From Octopus bimaculoides (Eukaryota): a stretch of 52,292 nt of DNA. Numbering within the stretch: position 1 is the stretch's first letter; every line of letters begins with the position of its first letter. The position numbers were made by a program, and so were the translations under genes. The DNA lies in NCBI RefSeq assembly GCF_001194135.2, contig NC_068982.1, forward strand, positions 180,992,023 through 181,044,314. Reading direction: 5' to 3'. Below, piece by piece: positions 37,741 to 52,180 of the stretch. The notes under the pieces are model-generated. The model made no database searches. It was given only the letters and a program-made list of their open reading frames with translations, and had not been told where the DNA came from.

Positions 37741-39553
37741 ACAACTCTAATTGCTTACGACATGGAAGGCACTTTTTCCTGCCCACAAATGTCATAGGAG
37801 GCCGTTATACTTGATTCCCTCAAAAGCAAGCGCAACAATAGAAGTTCAATTTTGCATGTTGATAGAACTCCTAAGTTTTACTAGTTCCATCAATGCATGA
37901 AAAAAATAAAGTTAATATGATAATCATAGTATTGCGATATATTTATGACATGTGAGTTGTACATCTAGGCTTATATTGTGAAATAGTTGCATAATTAAAT
38001 AAATACTTATGTAGTGTTACATCTTACATGGTACATAAATCGTGATATATGATAGAGAATTCTACCCACAAATTCAATTTTCACTGGTCCCACCTCAGAC
38101 ATTCATATATGTCATACGTATATGCATGATACCCCGAATGAACCCCCATGGTGAGTAGTACGCGTAACAACGGATGCTAATGTTCTCAGAAGCCAAGAAT
38201 TTTATCTTTAGTTCAGCTTCAGTCGCTGGAACGCGGCTTTAGGCATTTTATATGTGCAATGTTAAATTCAGCATTACATATGAAAATAAGAATAAAATAA
38301 GAATGTATGAGTTTCCTTGTGGAACATAATTGTAGGGCACTGTGGCTGCTATGGTATTTAAACACTAAGAATGAAGTAATAGATACAATTTATCATTTGT
38401 AATATCGGGGATTCACCTGGTAGATTCAAGCGTAGATCTTACAGGTTTAAAAGGAGAGATACGCAATTCAGCTAAAATGCTGACAAATATCATATTTGTC
38501 ACCGTGTAAAAGTTACTCATGGGTAAAAGTTGAGCATGTATGTTCCAAATGTCAAATCTAACTTTATATGGAGTTTATAAGGATAGTTCTGTCTGTGTAA
38601 GTGTGCATGTATGTAAAACACAGATTGAAGCTCGACATCAAATATGTTGAGCGATGGAGGCAAAAACGATTGTCTGTTAATTGCTTTGTGAGTGAATCTC
38701 ATTGTAAGGTTTCAAATGTATCATCTAAGGACCCACCTTACATTTCAAAAGGAGCGGTCATTAGACTTTTGTTTTACTCACACTGTTAGGAGTTAAGTGC
38801 CGCCTCAAAATCTGAATGGTGCTAAACTAGGTATATGCATACTTCATCGTCCTGATTAAGTGATCCAGTTAGTAAAGTAGGATGCAGAAAAATATTATTG
38901 CTTGTTTACCCTCATAATCTGCTTGTATATGATCCACACACTTTAGGAAAACCAGCTCAGTTAAAGGAACTGTGAAATTGAAAGTATCATTGGGGCGTAT
39001 ACTAATTCTTATGTGTCAATGCAACCGTGTACGGAGTGTAAATATCACTGTGCTTAATCAAGTAACAGAGATAACATAATTAGATGAAATACAAACTTAG
39101 ATATATTTTTCAAGTAATGAAGTAATCAGTGGATAACACAAATGAAATAAAATGCTGAGGAGTATCGATGACGCATTGGAATGCAAAAAATTTAATACAC
39201 AGCGTGTGTGTACGTACGTATGTATGTGCGTTTGTATGTATGTATGTATGTATGTATGTATGTATATAAATAAATATAAAATGNNNNNNNNNNNNNNNNN
39301 NNNNNNNNNNNNNNNNNNNNNNNNNNNNNNNNNNNNNNNNNNNNNNNNNNNNNNNNNNNNNNNNNNNNNNNNNNNNNNNNNNNNNNNNNNNNNNNNNNNN
39401 NNNNNNNNNNNNNNNNNNNNNNNNNNNNNNNNNNNNNNNNNNNNNNNNNNNNNNNNNNNNNNNNNNNNNNNNNNNNNNNNNNNNNNNNNNNNNNNNNNNN
39501 NNNNNNNNNNNNNNNNNNNNNNNNNNNNNNNNNNNNNNNNNNNNNNNNNNNNN

Positions 39554-39590
<37 letters not shown>

Positions 39591-40084
39591 TGTATGTATG
39601 TATGTATGTATGTATGTATGTATGTATATAAATAAATATAAAATGCGCAATTGATAGTTTATTCTATTGGCATGAATGCAGAAGAGAAAACAAAGAAAAT
39701 GGTTACCATATTGAGAAGAGATCACGAAAATATAAACAACCTGGTAGGAGGTTTCTGCAACTGCAAAGCTTTTTTTCTAAATATATAATCTCAAATGATC
39801 ATAATACAAGTAGAGGAAGAATTACAAGGTACGACATAACGCATAAATAAGAAAAATGTTTAAAGTAATTAACGCTTGTGAAGCAGAGGAAGAAACATCA
39901 AAATAGACTAAAAACTAAAACCTCGACTGAAAATTATATTAGACAAGAGAAATAGGTTTTAAGAAACATTCAATACAAGACATAAAGAGAGAAAAACTGA
40001 CGGAGACGTAAGTGGATACTGAAAATACGTATCATTGTATACGAAGCCGTATAGAGAATTCTAAGAAAATCTGCCAACTTTTTC

Positions 40085-40300
40085 TTACATGTTTCAGTTA
40101 TTGGACAACGACCATGTTAGGGCATCGCGTTGAATTGCTTTACCTGAATATATCGAGCCCAGCACCTTTTTTTTTATTACGTCTGGTATACATGCTATCA
40201 TTTACATTTAAGAAACCACCAACTTACGGGCAAATAAATAATTCAACAACCGTTGTTAAGCGGTGATAGGGGTGTCAAGCACAGGTGTAAACACACGCAT
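40085..40300 (-). mobile_element. Diverged SINE family A-like 3' half
   Basis: TGTTTCAGTTATTGG..CCATGTTAGGGCATCGC..AACTTACGGGC..CCGTTGTTAAGCGGTGATAGGGG resembles family A. Confidence 0.5.
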
Positions 40301-41654
40301 TTATGGATATGCATACATCATACACACACACATACACGCACACACATATATATAGGCACTTATCCAAATTTGTGCTACTTCACGAGTGCAGCACAGGAGA
40401 GATTCACTACATTGTTATCAAGTAAGCCTATGTTACGTGCAGCCTATAGGGAATTCGATAGTTACAGCCTAACTTTAACTTCTAGAAACATCTCTGGATC
40501 ACATAATTGATACTATGTGGCTAAATGATTCATAGATATTCTATGTGTATATAGGAATGTTAAAGGCTCAATACCGAGTATTTTTCTGTAACTCGTTGTG
40601 GTCAATGAATTAAGGCTTTGTTTCACTTTACGGTCCATGATTTTCATTCTTCTTCCTTAAAAATCCTCGTTAACAACTGTGCAAGATTCTCGTCTACTTT
40701 TCTGCAATGGTCGACATACTTTCAGCAAATCTCTTGCATTTAATACTGATTTGCACCACTCTGTGTGTGTACATACATTGATTACATAGCCTTCAACATC
40801 GTCCTTGCTCGTACATCCACAAAAAGATTATTATTTTTTTGATTTTACCATTTTGATATCGTGGTCTGATCGATAAATGATTGTTTTCATAGGTGCTGCA
40901 ACATGCCAACTTAATAAACGTTTTTGAAATGATCACAACTTGTAACACCCAGCACGAGAAACATGAATGATGTGAAAACATCGGATTTTCGAATTTCTGC
41001 CTACCATGTTATAGAAAATGCTTTCGCAAATCACTCATAACAAATATATTATTACGTCAGCATAAATTCTGCACATTTGTGGGAATTCATAATTGTCGTG
41101 GCCACCTTTAAGGGTTCATATGTTCTCGGCACATATACATTTGCTACATATAACGAGACCAGAAATAGATGCAGATTGCATTTCTTTGCTTTCACAAGTT
41201 ACCTACATACAAACACACCCACATATATCTCATAACAGACGCATATATAAGCATTTGCATAATACATGTATACATATGTGTGTATATATAAACACATACA
41301 TAATATATATACGCACATACATACAAACGTACATACATGTATATAGACATGTATATATNNNNNNNNNNNNNNNNNNNNNNNNNNNNNNNNNNNNNNNNNN
41401 NNNNNNNNNNNNNNNNNNNNNNNNNNNNNNNNNNNNNNNNNNNNNNNNNNNNNNNNNNNNNNNNNNNNNNNNNNNNNNNNNNNNNNNNNNNNNNNNNNNN
41501 NNNNNNNNNNNNNNNNNNNNNNNNNNNNNNNNNNNNNNNNNNNNNNNNNNNNNNNNNNNNNNNNNNNNNNNNNNNNNNNNNNNNNNNNNNNNNNNNNNNN
41601 NNNNNNNNNNNNNNNNNNNNNNNNNNNNNNNNNNNNNNNNNNNNNNNNNNNNNN

Positions 41655-41691
<37 letters not shown>

Positions 41692-42366
41692 ACACATAAT
41701 ATATACACGCAATTAGTTCTCTGCAAATACATCACACGCACATATGATTTTTATATATTTAGATGTACAAATCTTGCAACTGATGTTTATTTTTGACAGA
41801 AGTATTTACTTAGTTTATGTAATCCTAAATATATTGGATATTGACTTATTCAATTAAGCTTACGAAAATATTTTCAAGTGTTTTCCTAGCCATCTCTGCA
41901 TATATGCTATATGAAATCAATTTCAAAATATTTAGACAACCTCATGATATTTTCTTGGTGTTGCCCATGGTTATTTGCTAATGGCGTACGTCCATTCCAT
42001 GTATTCGAAAAATATTTTTTTCTTTGCATTTATTACACAATTAATATCTACTGGGAGTTATAAAATGTTTCGCATTTGTATTTTTTTTTTCTACTCTGTA
42101 CGGGATTTCTTGATACAATTATATTTGTTAATTATATTTTATCTATTTTAGATAGAATATCCAAAGGTTATGTATGATAGCTTGTTCGCAGAATAATTTC
42201 CATGTTATTTAACGTTTTACTAAACGAATAATATATACGTAAACCTGCAATTTAGGTAGAGTAACCCTTCAAAAGTTATATGATTTACATCGATATTTCT
42301 TCATATTTTTTGAAGGGAAAAAGAACGGTTTACGCAGAACCACCTATCAAATCGTTTGGTAGAAAT

Positions 42367-42401
<35 letters not shown>

Positions 42402-43039
42402 AAGTGGCTCGTAGAAGCATATACATTGTAACATGCACACACGTATATAAACAAACATACATATCTAATGTTGATTTCAACAGAAACGATGAACACTACC
42501 ATCATAAGGCGTGGGTACATACGGCAGTTGTCCAGGGGTCTCATGCGTCTCGGGTACCCAATTCTGATCTATATATGACGTAGCATGCTGTCAATAAACA
42601 AATAAATACTATAGGATAAAATGCACCGATTTCCTCCGGGGGCGTATTGTGCTACCGTGGCATCTCTAACGGTAAATAACACATTCTGATGCGTTCAGTG
42701 TCGCCAACAACATGTTTTTTAGGTGGGAGATCACAGCTGAGAATCTAAACGAATTTTTCCAGTTTTCATATGTGTCAAGTGCATTTGAGTGTTCTAAGCA
42801 TAACTGCAACATTATTGGTGAAAAATGTAGCAATGTCTCTATTCTTTTTATAATTAGAGGGAAGGACTAGGGAACTACGTGAAATAAATCTTAGAATTAA
42901 CGAAATATATGGCACACTCGTCATCGTGTACGATAATACAAAGAACAACACGTTGTTCAGTTTTTATTATTCGACACAAGTACATGTGTTCGTGTTCAAC
43001 ATATATACCTCTATCTATCATGGTACCTATTTTATAATT

Positions 43040-43600
43040 GCTTCTCCAGAGGGAGGTGCTTTCAATATTATTATGGAAGGGTAGAAATCAACGATGTCGA
43101 ACATGGGGAATTTGTCGAACTGGGTGATTTATTCACGATACCACAATACCAGTCTATTACAGCTGCGCTGGTGTTCCATTGATTCAACCCTGTAGTCCTT
43201 CCGTTGTCTGAGTTGATAGCATAGAGAATATGCTTGTTAGTGATACCTATCTCGCTTTAGAGGGGTTGATCAGCCTACATTTGGGGCCGGAACGGAAATT
43301 AGGCTTATGATACTTAAGCGTAATCTGGGGGAGGGGGTCGCGTGGCGAAGCGGTCTTAATACGGTCAGCTAGCACCTTTGCTTTTGTGTTTATATCATTG
43401 TATGTGGAATTACGTATTTCTTTTTTTATTTTTGGCGATGGCGGTTGTGAGGAGTCTTGAAAGTGTGGAAATGTTTGTTTCATAAATATTGTTTGTTTTG
43501 TCTGCGAGAATGTGTAGATTGGGAGATTGTTGGTTATGTAGTCATTTAAGGATTTAAGGAAAGGGTTAGAATACTGCAGATTTTAAACCATATTTACATT
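43040..43600 (-). mobile_element. Penelope-like element RT, N-terminal part
   Basis: ILADKTNNIYE, ITLKYHKPNFRSGPKCRLINPSK and motif A FDIVDFYPSI in order, with frameshifts. Confidence 0.8.
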
Positions 43601-44004
43601 GTATTTAATTGCAGAATGCCTTGGATGCGAGTAGTGTGCGATATTTATAGCACTAACGGCGAACTATGAAAGGGAGTGTTAAGCATACATATTACGTTAA
43701 GTTTGTCTCAACTTAGTTGCTTATATCTACGTGGAAATTTATCAAGGCATTGTAATACAATCTGTTTACATATTTATCTTAATTTGTCCTTCAGTTCCTT
43801 TATCATGCTTCAACTTTCCTGCGATACCAATTTATATCGACGGATTTTATCTAAAATTAATTTCCGAATTGCCGCAAAGTGATTTCTGTTGTATTTATTT
43901 GATAACAACATTTCATGGCAGTCCACAGCTTGTCACCTTAGAGTAACTAAACTTCTTGATTTAACCCCTCTTCATGAATGTATGTATGTATATCTCATCT
44001 ATTT

Positions 44005-44520
44005 TTTTTATTATTATAAATCTTCCACAGAGGGAGCCGGTTTTTTCAACAAAAATACAAGGCTCCATCTTGGGGATGTAGTTAACACAGATACATTCAC
44101 ATATGGAACTTGAGAAACGTCTTGCATATTTATACTTTTCCACTCGCAGAATGCACTTGTAATATACGAATTAGTCGGTCGATTTCTCTTTTTGAAAATC
44201 CCAGTTTATCCAGATTCTCCTTTTAGCATTTACTAACAAAATCTAGTGCTCCAATTATTATTGGTATGAATATGAATTTATGGTCTGGATATAGAAACTG
44301 GAAGTTTCGAAGCAGCTCTCCATAGATGTCATCCTTTTCTTTGATTTTCAAGGAGATATTTATATCTGCAGGGCAACTGAACTCTATGATGGTACATACC
44401 TTTCACCGCTGTTCCAAGCAACAATATCCGGCCTGTTACGTTTACATTTGACAGACGTGTTGATGGGAATATTCCACTAGTATTCCTTGAGTTGTTGTTT
44501 ATAAATGTATTTCATGACAG
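44005..44520 (-). mobile_element. RLE-type (R4-like) LINE 3' end: restriction-like endonuclease plus UTR and tail
   Basis: WNIPINTSVKCKRNRPDIVAW..CTIIEFSCPADINISLKIKEKDDIY..FIPIIIGALD..ICKTFLK, a PD..D/E RLE signature. Confidence 0.85.
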
Positions 44521-44569
44521 TCGTTTTTTGTGGATAGAACCGTATATTGTGTAGCAACAACATCGTATG

Positions 44570-44879
<310 letters not shown>

Positions 44880-45899
44880 TGACAGAAAGAGAAAGAGCGC
44901 ATCAAGCTATGTCCCACGTAGGTCATGGTTATTGTACTTAAAATCCATCGAACCAGTAAGCTGTGAGTATTTGCATTGATATCACAGCATAATATTTTAT
45001 TTATTTTTTAAAAGACCCAAGAGACTTCCAATTAGAGAAAATCAATACGAGTGGGATTTTATTGATTTCTAAATTCTTATTAAACATAATTACTATCCTC
45101 TCCATATATCAGAAATCTCTGCAACAAATCGCTATTAGTACCCTTGCATTCAGTTGAATTTCGCTTCAAAACTATACAAAATCTCGTTAGTTGGTTATTT
45201 TCGGAATAAATTGTTTTTGACTTTTTCCTTGTTTATCGTAGAGGCTTTTTTATTGAGCACGTATTTTGCGATTTTTTTTTACTGTTCTTACAAAACTGAA
45301 CTTGGATGACGTATGATAGCACCCCATTTGGTACAATAAACGGTGGATGTTGGTGATATACCGGGTTATCAATTATTTAGTTGCGAGGCATAGACAGAAT
45401 GCTAGAAGTAATATACACTCGTAACGGCGTTCGGTATGTATGTTGAAGGTACCGACATTTCACTAACATCACAGTTATAAGACAGTTCAAATAGGATAAG
45501 TAAATGTGTTTTGATAACAAGATGTAGATATCTGTGGAAGTGAAATTAAGAAGTCATGTTTATCTTAAGAAATGTTATTTCGTTTCTTCATACTGGGTTG
45601 ACTGTATTCTCTCGTTGGCAAAGGATTGACTATAACCTCATAAGTTGTATGCAAATAAATCTTTGCCTAATTCATTTTCCATCAAAGTTCGTACTGATAA
45701 ATATCAAGACAAGAAGGACTGGATTTAACACCATTCATTTATTTATAGAAAATCAAAATATATAAAATGAATGTATCACAATATAATAGTAATATGCGAA
45801 ATTGTAGTACTTTGCATAAAGAAGAAAAGCCTTTTTTAAAAGGAGTCTGTCGCAAGAATGACGACAGGAAACACTTTCTTAACTAGTTCCTCAAAACCA

Positions 45900-46158
45900 T
45901 CTCAAAAAAGATTGAGGAAGGTTGAAAGCGTCCGACATCCAATGTCCCGGACTTACCGCAGCTGATATACATCTTTCCAGGATCACATATACACACAGAC
46001 AATGGGTCTCCCCATCGGATCCAGTCTCTCGAGCCTACTAGCCCTCAAACCATCTGGAACGTCGAGCACTCAACATCTGCCGCTCATGCGCCTTCTTCAC
46101 CAGATACGTAGATGACATCCTCATACTCACATCCTCCCTTGAAGAGGCCGACAGAATA
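45900..46158 (+). mobile_element. Penelope-like RT fragment (motifs B and C)
   Basis: FQDHIYTQTMGLPIGSSLSSLLA followed, after a frameshift, by HLERRALNICRSCAFFTRYVDDILILTS (YVDD at 46105-46116). Confidence 0.8.
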
Positions 46159-46926
46159 ATCTTGGAAAATGGATGCCTCATGAACTGTCCGAAACCAACC
46201 GCAAATCCTGAGTTGACATCTGCTCTTCTCTCCATTCTCGCGAACTCATTTCACCCATTTTGGATAGACTTGTGACTGGTGACGAAAATGGGTCTTCTAT
46301 CGAAATGTTAACAACAAACAGTGGCTTGGTAAGAGGGAAAAAGCTCAACCACAACCGAGAAGGAAACTTCATGGAAAAAGGTTCTTCTCTTTATCTGGTG
46401 GGATTGCAAAGTAGTAATTCACTTTGAATTGTTACTACCTAAAGCAATAATCAATGCTCAAGTCTACTGTCAGCAAGTAGAGCGTTTGAACCAAGGTTTG
46501 AATGAAAAAAGACCCGCTTTAGTGAATCGAAAAGGAGTCATGTATCGGCAGGACAATGCGCGACCCCACACTGCAAAGATCACAGCACAGAAGATCGAGG
46601 AGCTTGGTTGGAAAAAAAAGTCCTCATCCACCTTATTCTCCCGACCTTGCTCCTTCAGACTACCATTTGTTTCTTAGTTTACAGAATCATTTGGGGTACA
46701 TAATTTTCGCAAGCCACGAGGAGGTCGAAACTGACACCTCAGAGTTCTTCACTTTGAAACCAAAAGAGTTTTACATTGATAGGATTCAAAAGCTTGTAAA
46801 TAGATGGGAGGAAGTCATAGATAACCAGGGAAAATACATTGATAATTAAATTTCAATTAAATATGACATTTGATCATTTGTTTCCTTTATTCAAAATTCA
46901 GACAGAACTTATGGGATGACCTGATA
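46159..46926 (+). mobile_element. 5'-truncated mariner (DD34D) transposon with 3' TIR
   Basis: LGKWMPHEL, LVTGDE (D 46281), QDNARPH (D 46552), YSPDLAPSDY (D 46658; 106 nt from D2, i.e. 34 residues plus a +1 slip in an A-run), stop 46849, TIR-like ACTTATGGGATGACCTGA+TA ending 46926. Confidence 0.9.
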
Positions 46927-47059
46927 GAAGAGATCGTCATAAAAAGAAAGAGTATAACTGATGAAATCTATTCCCAGTTATTTGTAGATTTGGATAATTT
47001 TATGCATAAATATGTACATATAAAGGCGCAAGTGGAAGTACTATATAATCTTTTCTACT

Positions 47060-47192
47060 CTAGGCACAAGGCCCGAAATTTTCGGAGAGGTGGGGCAGTC
47101 TATTGGATCGACCCCAGAACGCAACTGAAAGGCTGAAAAGTAACGTCTATCGCGGCGGAATTTCAACTCAGAACATAAAGACAAACGAAGGT
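47060..47192 (-). mobile_element. SINE family B fragment
   Basis: TAGGCACAAGGCCCGAAATTTT..ATCGACCCCAG..GCGGAATTTCAACTCAGAAC is the reverse complement of parts of 14410-14648. Confidence 0.7.
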
Positions 47193-47669
47193 GAAGTAGT
47201 ATATAAGTAACTATACACACGCATTCATAGCATAGAATCTTTTTGTTTTCTTGTGTTCTAACGGTATTAACTAGGGAGGAGTTGGGCCAGTTCCTATTGA
47301 GTTCACCGTGTCGTTGAGATCTCATTGGCGTTTCAGGGAATGATTAGAGACTGCGAAACAATTCCTGTATGTATTAGGATATAGACGGGAACATAGATAG
47401 AATACTATGTTATTTCTGACAATAAAAGCCCAGACATAAATAAAACACATTAGTGATGGATAGAAAGGGAGAGAATTTCAAGATCTTGGGTGAGAGCGAG
47501 AAGAAGAACAGAGATAAACGAAGTCGTAAAACTGTCGAAAGAATCAGTGGCTTATAAGGATTTGGGCAAAATTGACAATTAACAGACGAGCATGATAACA
47601 AGAGCATAGTTATATGTCATTTATTTGATTACATAGATACATATACGCATACACACACACTTACATACT

Positions 47670-47704
<35 letters not shown>

Positions 47705-49876
47705 GTGTATAAACCGTCATGTGGTGTATTACAGTTAAACTCAAGTCCAACAGATTCGAGTATGAATACGCTAATCGATTTTTTTATAAACAAACAACCG
47801 ACGAACATTCTTGTTTTAGGTTCATAGATCTAAAGATATCTCTTACAGAAGAGGTACAACCAAGTCGAAACACCGCTGTGTCTTAAAGTCTGCTAATCAC
47901 AATAAATAGAATGTGATGGGAACAACTTGTCTTGAAAGAGTTCTTTTCGGAGAAAAAAGAAACAAGTAGCACATTCAGCTCAGACCTGACGGAATCGTAT
48001 GAGGAATGAATATGCACAATGTTTTGGGTTGAGCTTGCTCATCATAAACGTGGCGATCTTTTGCAGCAGCAATTAGTTTCTTTGCTTAGTTTTGTAAACA
48101 TGAACCAACATTCTTGTTTAGACTCATTAATCTTGGGTACCGTTGCCTGAAGAGACAGCTGGATCGAATCACCGTTGTGTGTCAGGATTTCCTCACGTCA
48201 GTGAATCAAATGAAGACATATATTTTCTAAAAGATGATGTTTCACGAGACAAAACATACCAACTATTAGCTAAATCATGTTCGGTTGAACGATAGTAAGA
48301 ATGAATTTGCACGTTTCTTTATATACTAAAAAATAGTGTCGTTTTTAAATTTCCTGAGATTTATAAACTAGAGATCAATGATATTCTGAATGTTGTTATC
48401 AGATCCAAGATAATTCACTGCAAATATTACTGTTAGTAATTATACGAAAGCAATATTATATAAATGTTATGGACAAGAAGTAAAATCAACTCTTGTATAC
48501 TGATATTACTATGTCTCAGCATAGTAATATCAGGGCCAATAAAACAATTGAATATTGACCCACCAAGCCATTGCACTGTTCATAAGTTTTGACGTATCTT
48601 TGATCCAAGCATTTTACGATTAAATGATCACAGAAACCATTAAGTTGTATCAAAAGAGTGATCATATGCAATGAACCATTAACTTAGCTAAATCATCAGT
48701 ACCAATGTAATAACTTTAACATCTTCATTTCAGCAAACATCAGTATTATTTCATTTGTCAGAATCGGATGTTCTGCTAGAGAATTCTAACAACTATTTTA
48801 CTCTCGTTCCTCATCCCTCATAATCGGTTCAATGTTCTTTGAACTGAGCCAATGAATTAGGCCGAGGAAAATATTGAATAATCAAACCCAATCTTACAAT
48901 ATATTAATTAAAATCTAATAGCGTTAGTGGTCTTCATATACATGATGATCTCTTCAAAGACATTGTTTTATAGTCTATATACGAATTAATAAATTGAAAA
49001 TAAAGGCAACTACTAATAAATTGTGTAGTGAGCGGAAATGACTTGAAAGAATTCTTTACGCTAGAGAAAGTGTAAATCACTTAAGTTATTAAGCAAATCA
49101 GCTTGTTGCTACTTTAGATAAATACTCTACTTTTAATTAACTTATATCAATCTAAATCCTCAGACTTCAATAGATGTGGTGATATTTGTCACCTAGCTCT
49201 CTTCAAAAGAATTACAACGGCAGTTAAAGTAACTTATTTTAGGTGACTCATTTCAAAATAATAGCAATTTTCCTAGGAGAGGTGTGCAGATATCGAATCT
49301 ATGCAGATCTTATATAGACATATTCTAACTGTGCCGGCGATTCGTATATACTGTAAGAAACTTTTACAGAATTATCGGGATAATTAAAACGAATTTAATA
49401 TAAATATTCTCATTATATTTTCTTCACACCACCCTCATTTTTGCCAGTTTTCCAATTTTATCACCTTACTTGGTTTCTTAGGCAACCAATCTCTCTCTTC
49501 TAAATCTCTCTACCATTATCTCTTTTACCATGGTATCACAATTTAATGTATTAACCTGAAGAAAGCTAACCAACCGTCTTTCAAAACTTTCTTAGATTTA
49601 GTATAAAGCTAACCGTACGTGTTACAATTAACCAGGTGTGTTATCATTAAATACGTGTTATACGTATTTGGGTATTTAACGGTGATTCTGTATGATAAAT
49701 TTGCTGAATACGTTAAAAGTCATACGGTGTGTAAATTAAATGATAATGTTTTTTAATGATAACAAGTTGAGTCATTAGAACATATATTCCATTTAACAGA
49801 TGAATGCGTACGGCCCATTTTTGGATAGTAATTTCAATATGTATAGAAAACGTCCTTCTATTAATGCTATACACTG

Positions 49877-49916
<40 letters not shown>

Positions 49917-50317
49917 NNNNNNNNNNNNNNNNNNNNNNNNNNNNNNNNNNNNNNNNNNNNNNNNNNNNNNNNNNNNNNNNNNNNNNNNNNNNNNNNNNNN
50001 NNNNNNNNNNNNNNNNNNNNNNNNNNNNNNNNNNNNNNNNNNNNNNNNNNNNNNNNNNNNNNNNNNNNNNNNNNNNNNNNNNNNNNNNNNNNNNNNNNNN
50101 NNNNNNNNNNNNNNNNNNNNNNNNNNNNNNNNNNNNNNNNNNNNNNNNNNNNNNNNNNNNNNNNNNNNNNNNNNNNNNNNNNNNNNNNNNNNNNNNNNNN
50201 NNNNNNNNNNNNNNNNNNNNNNNNNNNNNNNNNNNNNNNNNNNNNNNNNNNNNNNNNNNNNNNNNNNNNNNNNNNNNNNNNNNNNNNNNNNNNNNNNNNN
50301 NNNNNNNNNNNNNNNNN

Positions 50318-50352
<35 letters not shown>

Positions 50353-50369
50353 TTTGATCATTTAACTAG

Positions 50370-51580
50370 TTCATCTTCAAAACTGCGGACAAATCGGGGC
50401 ACCACCTTTAGCTTTGCTGCACGTTTATTATTTGAAACCTACTCTGATATGTGATATTTGGTGAAGGAGAGGGTTTCATGCTACTGCAGTCATCTCTCTT
50501 TCCTACCGTGAGGTAAGCTCATCTGGAACCGTTGATAGGAGGAGATTCAGTTTTGCTTTGAAACAACTACAGCATGCAAGTCTGTCAGGCATTTTGGAAG
50601 GATTTTGAAGAGCTATGGGCCATTGAAACACAAGCTGCTGCTGTATCTGGTCCTGTATTATGATGATGTCGGGATCTTTGGCACTATGCAGCGGTGCCCC
50701 GTTCTGCAATTTGTGTAACTTTTGATGTTAATGCTTGGTACTAGTCCTTCCAGGATCTTTGAAATGTATATTACTGCATATCTTTTTTGCCTTCATTCTA
50801 GGGAATTCTTAACCTTCATTCGTAACATTTTTCATTCTTAACGCTTATCTTAAAATTTTTCAGCCTTTCCCAGTAGCTGATACCCATGTCAGTGACCAGG
50901 TCACGCACTGATTTTGATTCAGGGATTGCAATTCCTCCTGGGCAAGCGAATCCTGTCTACATTTACTTCTGATTTTTTTCTGGTAGCGCAAGGATTGGAA
51001 TTTTACAGCATTAAACTGCATGTTATTGTCCTCAGCCGACCTGTATATTGCGCCCAACTCCCGTTATAGATGTGCAATATTTCCTGCGTTCTAAATCCTC
51101 TCAGACATTTGTGTCATCTACATAGCCAGAAAGCGAGGCTATTTGAGAGGCTGAGGCCATACTTGAGAGGGTCGCTATGAATAGCAGTGCCCTTTGGAAC
51201 ACCACTAACTATTTGTGTTTCCTTTGAGGTAGCTCCCTTGGCCAGCACTGCTTGACTTCTATATTTCAGAAGGTCGTGTAATCCAACTATGCCGAGATCA
51301 CGCACTTTATGCCATATCATAACATGATCGACTTCATTAAAATGTTTTACAAAGTCGAGATATATCACATCTACATTTGAGTTGTTGAGTAGCTGCTTTA
51401 ATACCTAGTCCCGCAAGAACTATGTCAAGCAACATCTACCTGGCTGAAAACCATGCTGAAAATCACTTTCTGCGACGAAAGCAATTAGTTAATTTTGGAC
51501 TATTTCTTTCCATGACCTTGTTGATGAGTGAGGTCAGAGAGATAGGCCTATAATTTTTAGCATAAATTATAGCCTGAGTA
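50370..51580 (-). mobile_element. CR1-like LINE RT and 3' region (5'-truncated, degraded)
   Basis: NYRPISLTSLINKVMER, YLDFVKHFNEVDH, SGVPKGT, YVDD at 51113-51124, NNMQFNAVKFQ, and a downstream KMYSLERRRER-like motif. Confidence 0.85.
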
Positions 51581-51984
51581 CTGTTATTTATATTGCTCCT
51601 GTATAGCTGACCATTATTCATCGTGGTTGACGTATTTTGGACGCATCCATCGAAACATGTGTAGGAGATATGAAGATAGAAATAAATTAATAACAGCATA
51701 GGCGTTTGTTACTTTTTCTATTTATCCTATATACATACACACACACACGCGCGCGCGCACACACACACACCCACGCACGCACCCACACGCACACACACAC
51801 ACACACGCATATATATATATAATTGCAGCGTGGAAGGTGTTTATAAGACATTTAAGAAACACACAAAAATTAGATTCACTTCAACATTTAAATTTAATTT
51901 GCCAATATATTTTGGTCGCTTTGAGACTGCGACATGTTCGCTGACAAAATTCCGTACTGCATCTGAGAAAGTAACAGTTCATGA

Positions 51985-52180
51985 TATGTATGTATGTATG
52001 TATGTGTGTATGTATGTGTGTATGTATGTATGTATGTCTACATGTATGTGAATATGCATATGTGTACATGCCTATGCATGTGTGCATGCCTATACGCATG
52101 TATGTATGTATGTATGTATGTATGTATATATGTATGTATGTATGTAAGTATGTACGTTTGTACTTATGTATGTTAGTGAG
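51985..52180. repeat. Degenerate (ATGT)n microsatellite
   Basis: Direct reading. Confidence 0.9.

Noticed and set aside
40560-41100. Possible Mutator/SWIM-finger relic on the minus strand
   Set aside because: Only a vague C-x-C-W similarity; no ordered motifs.
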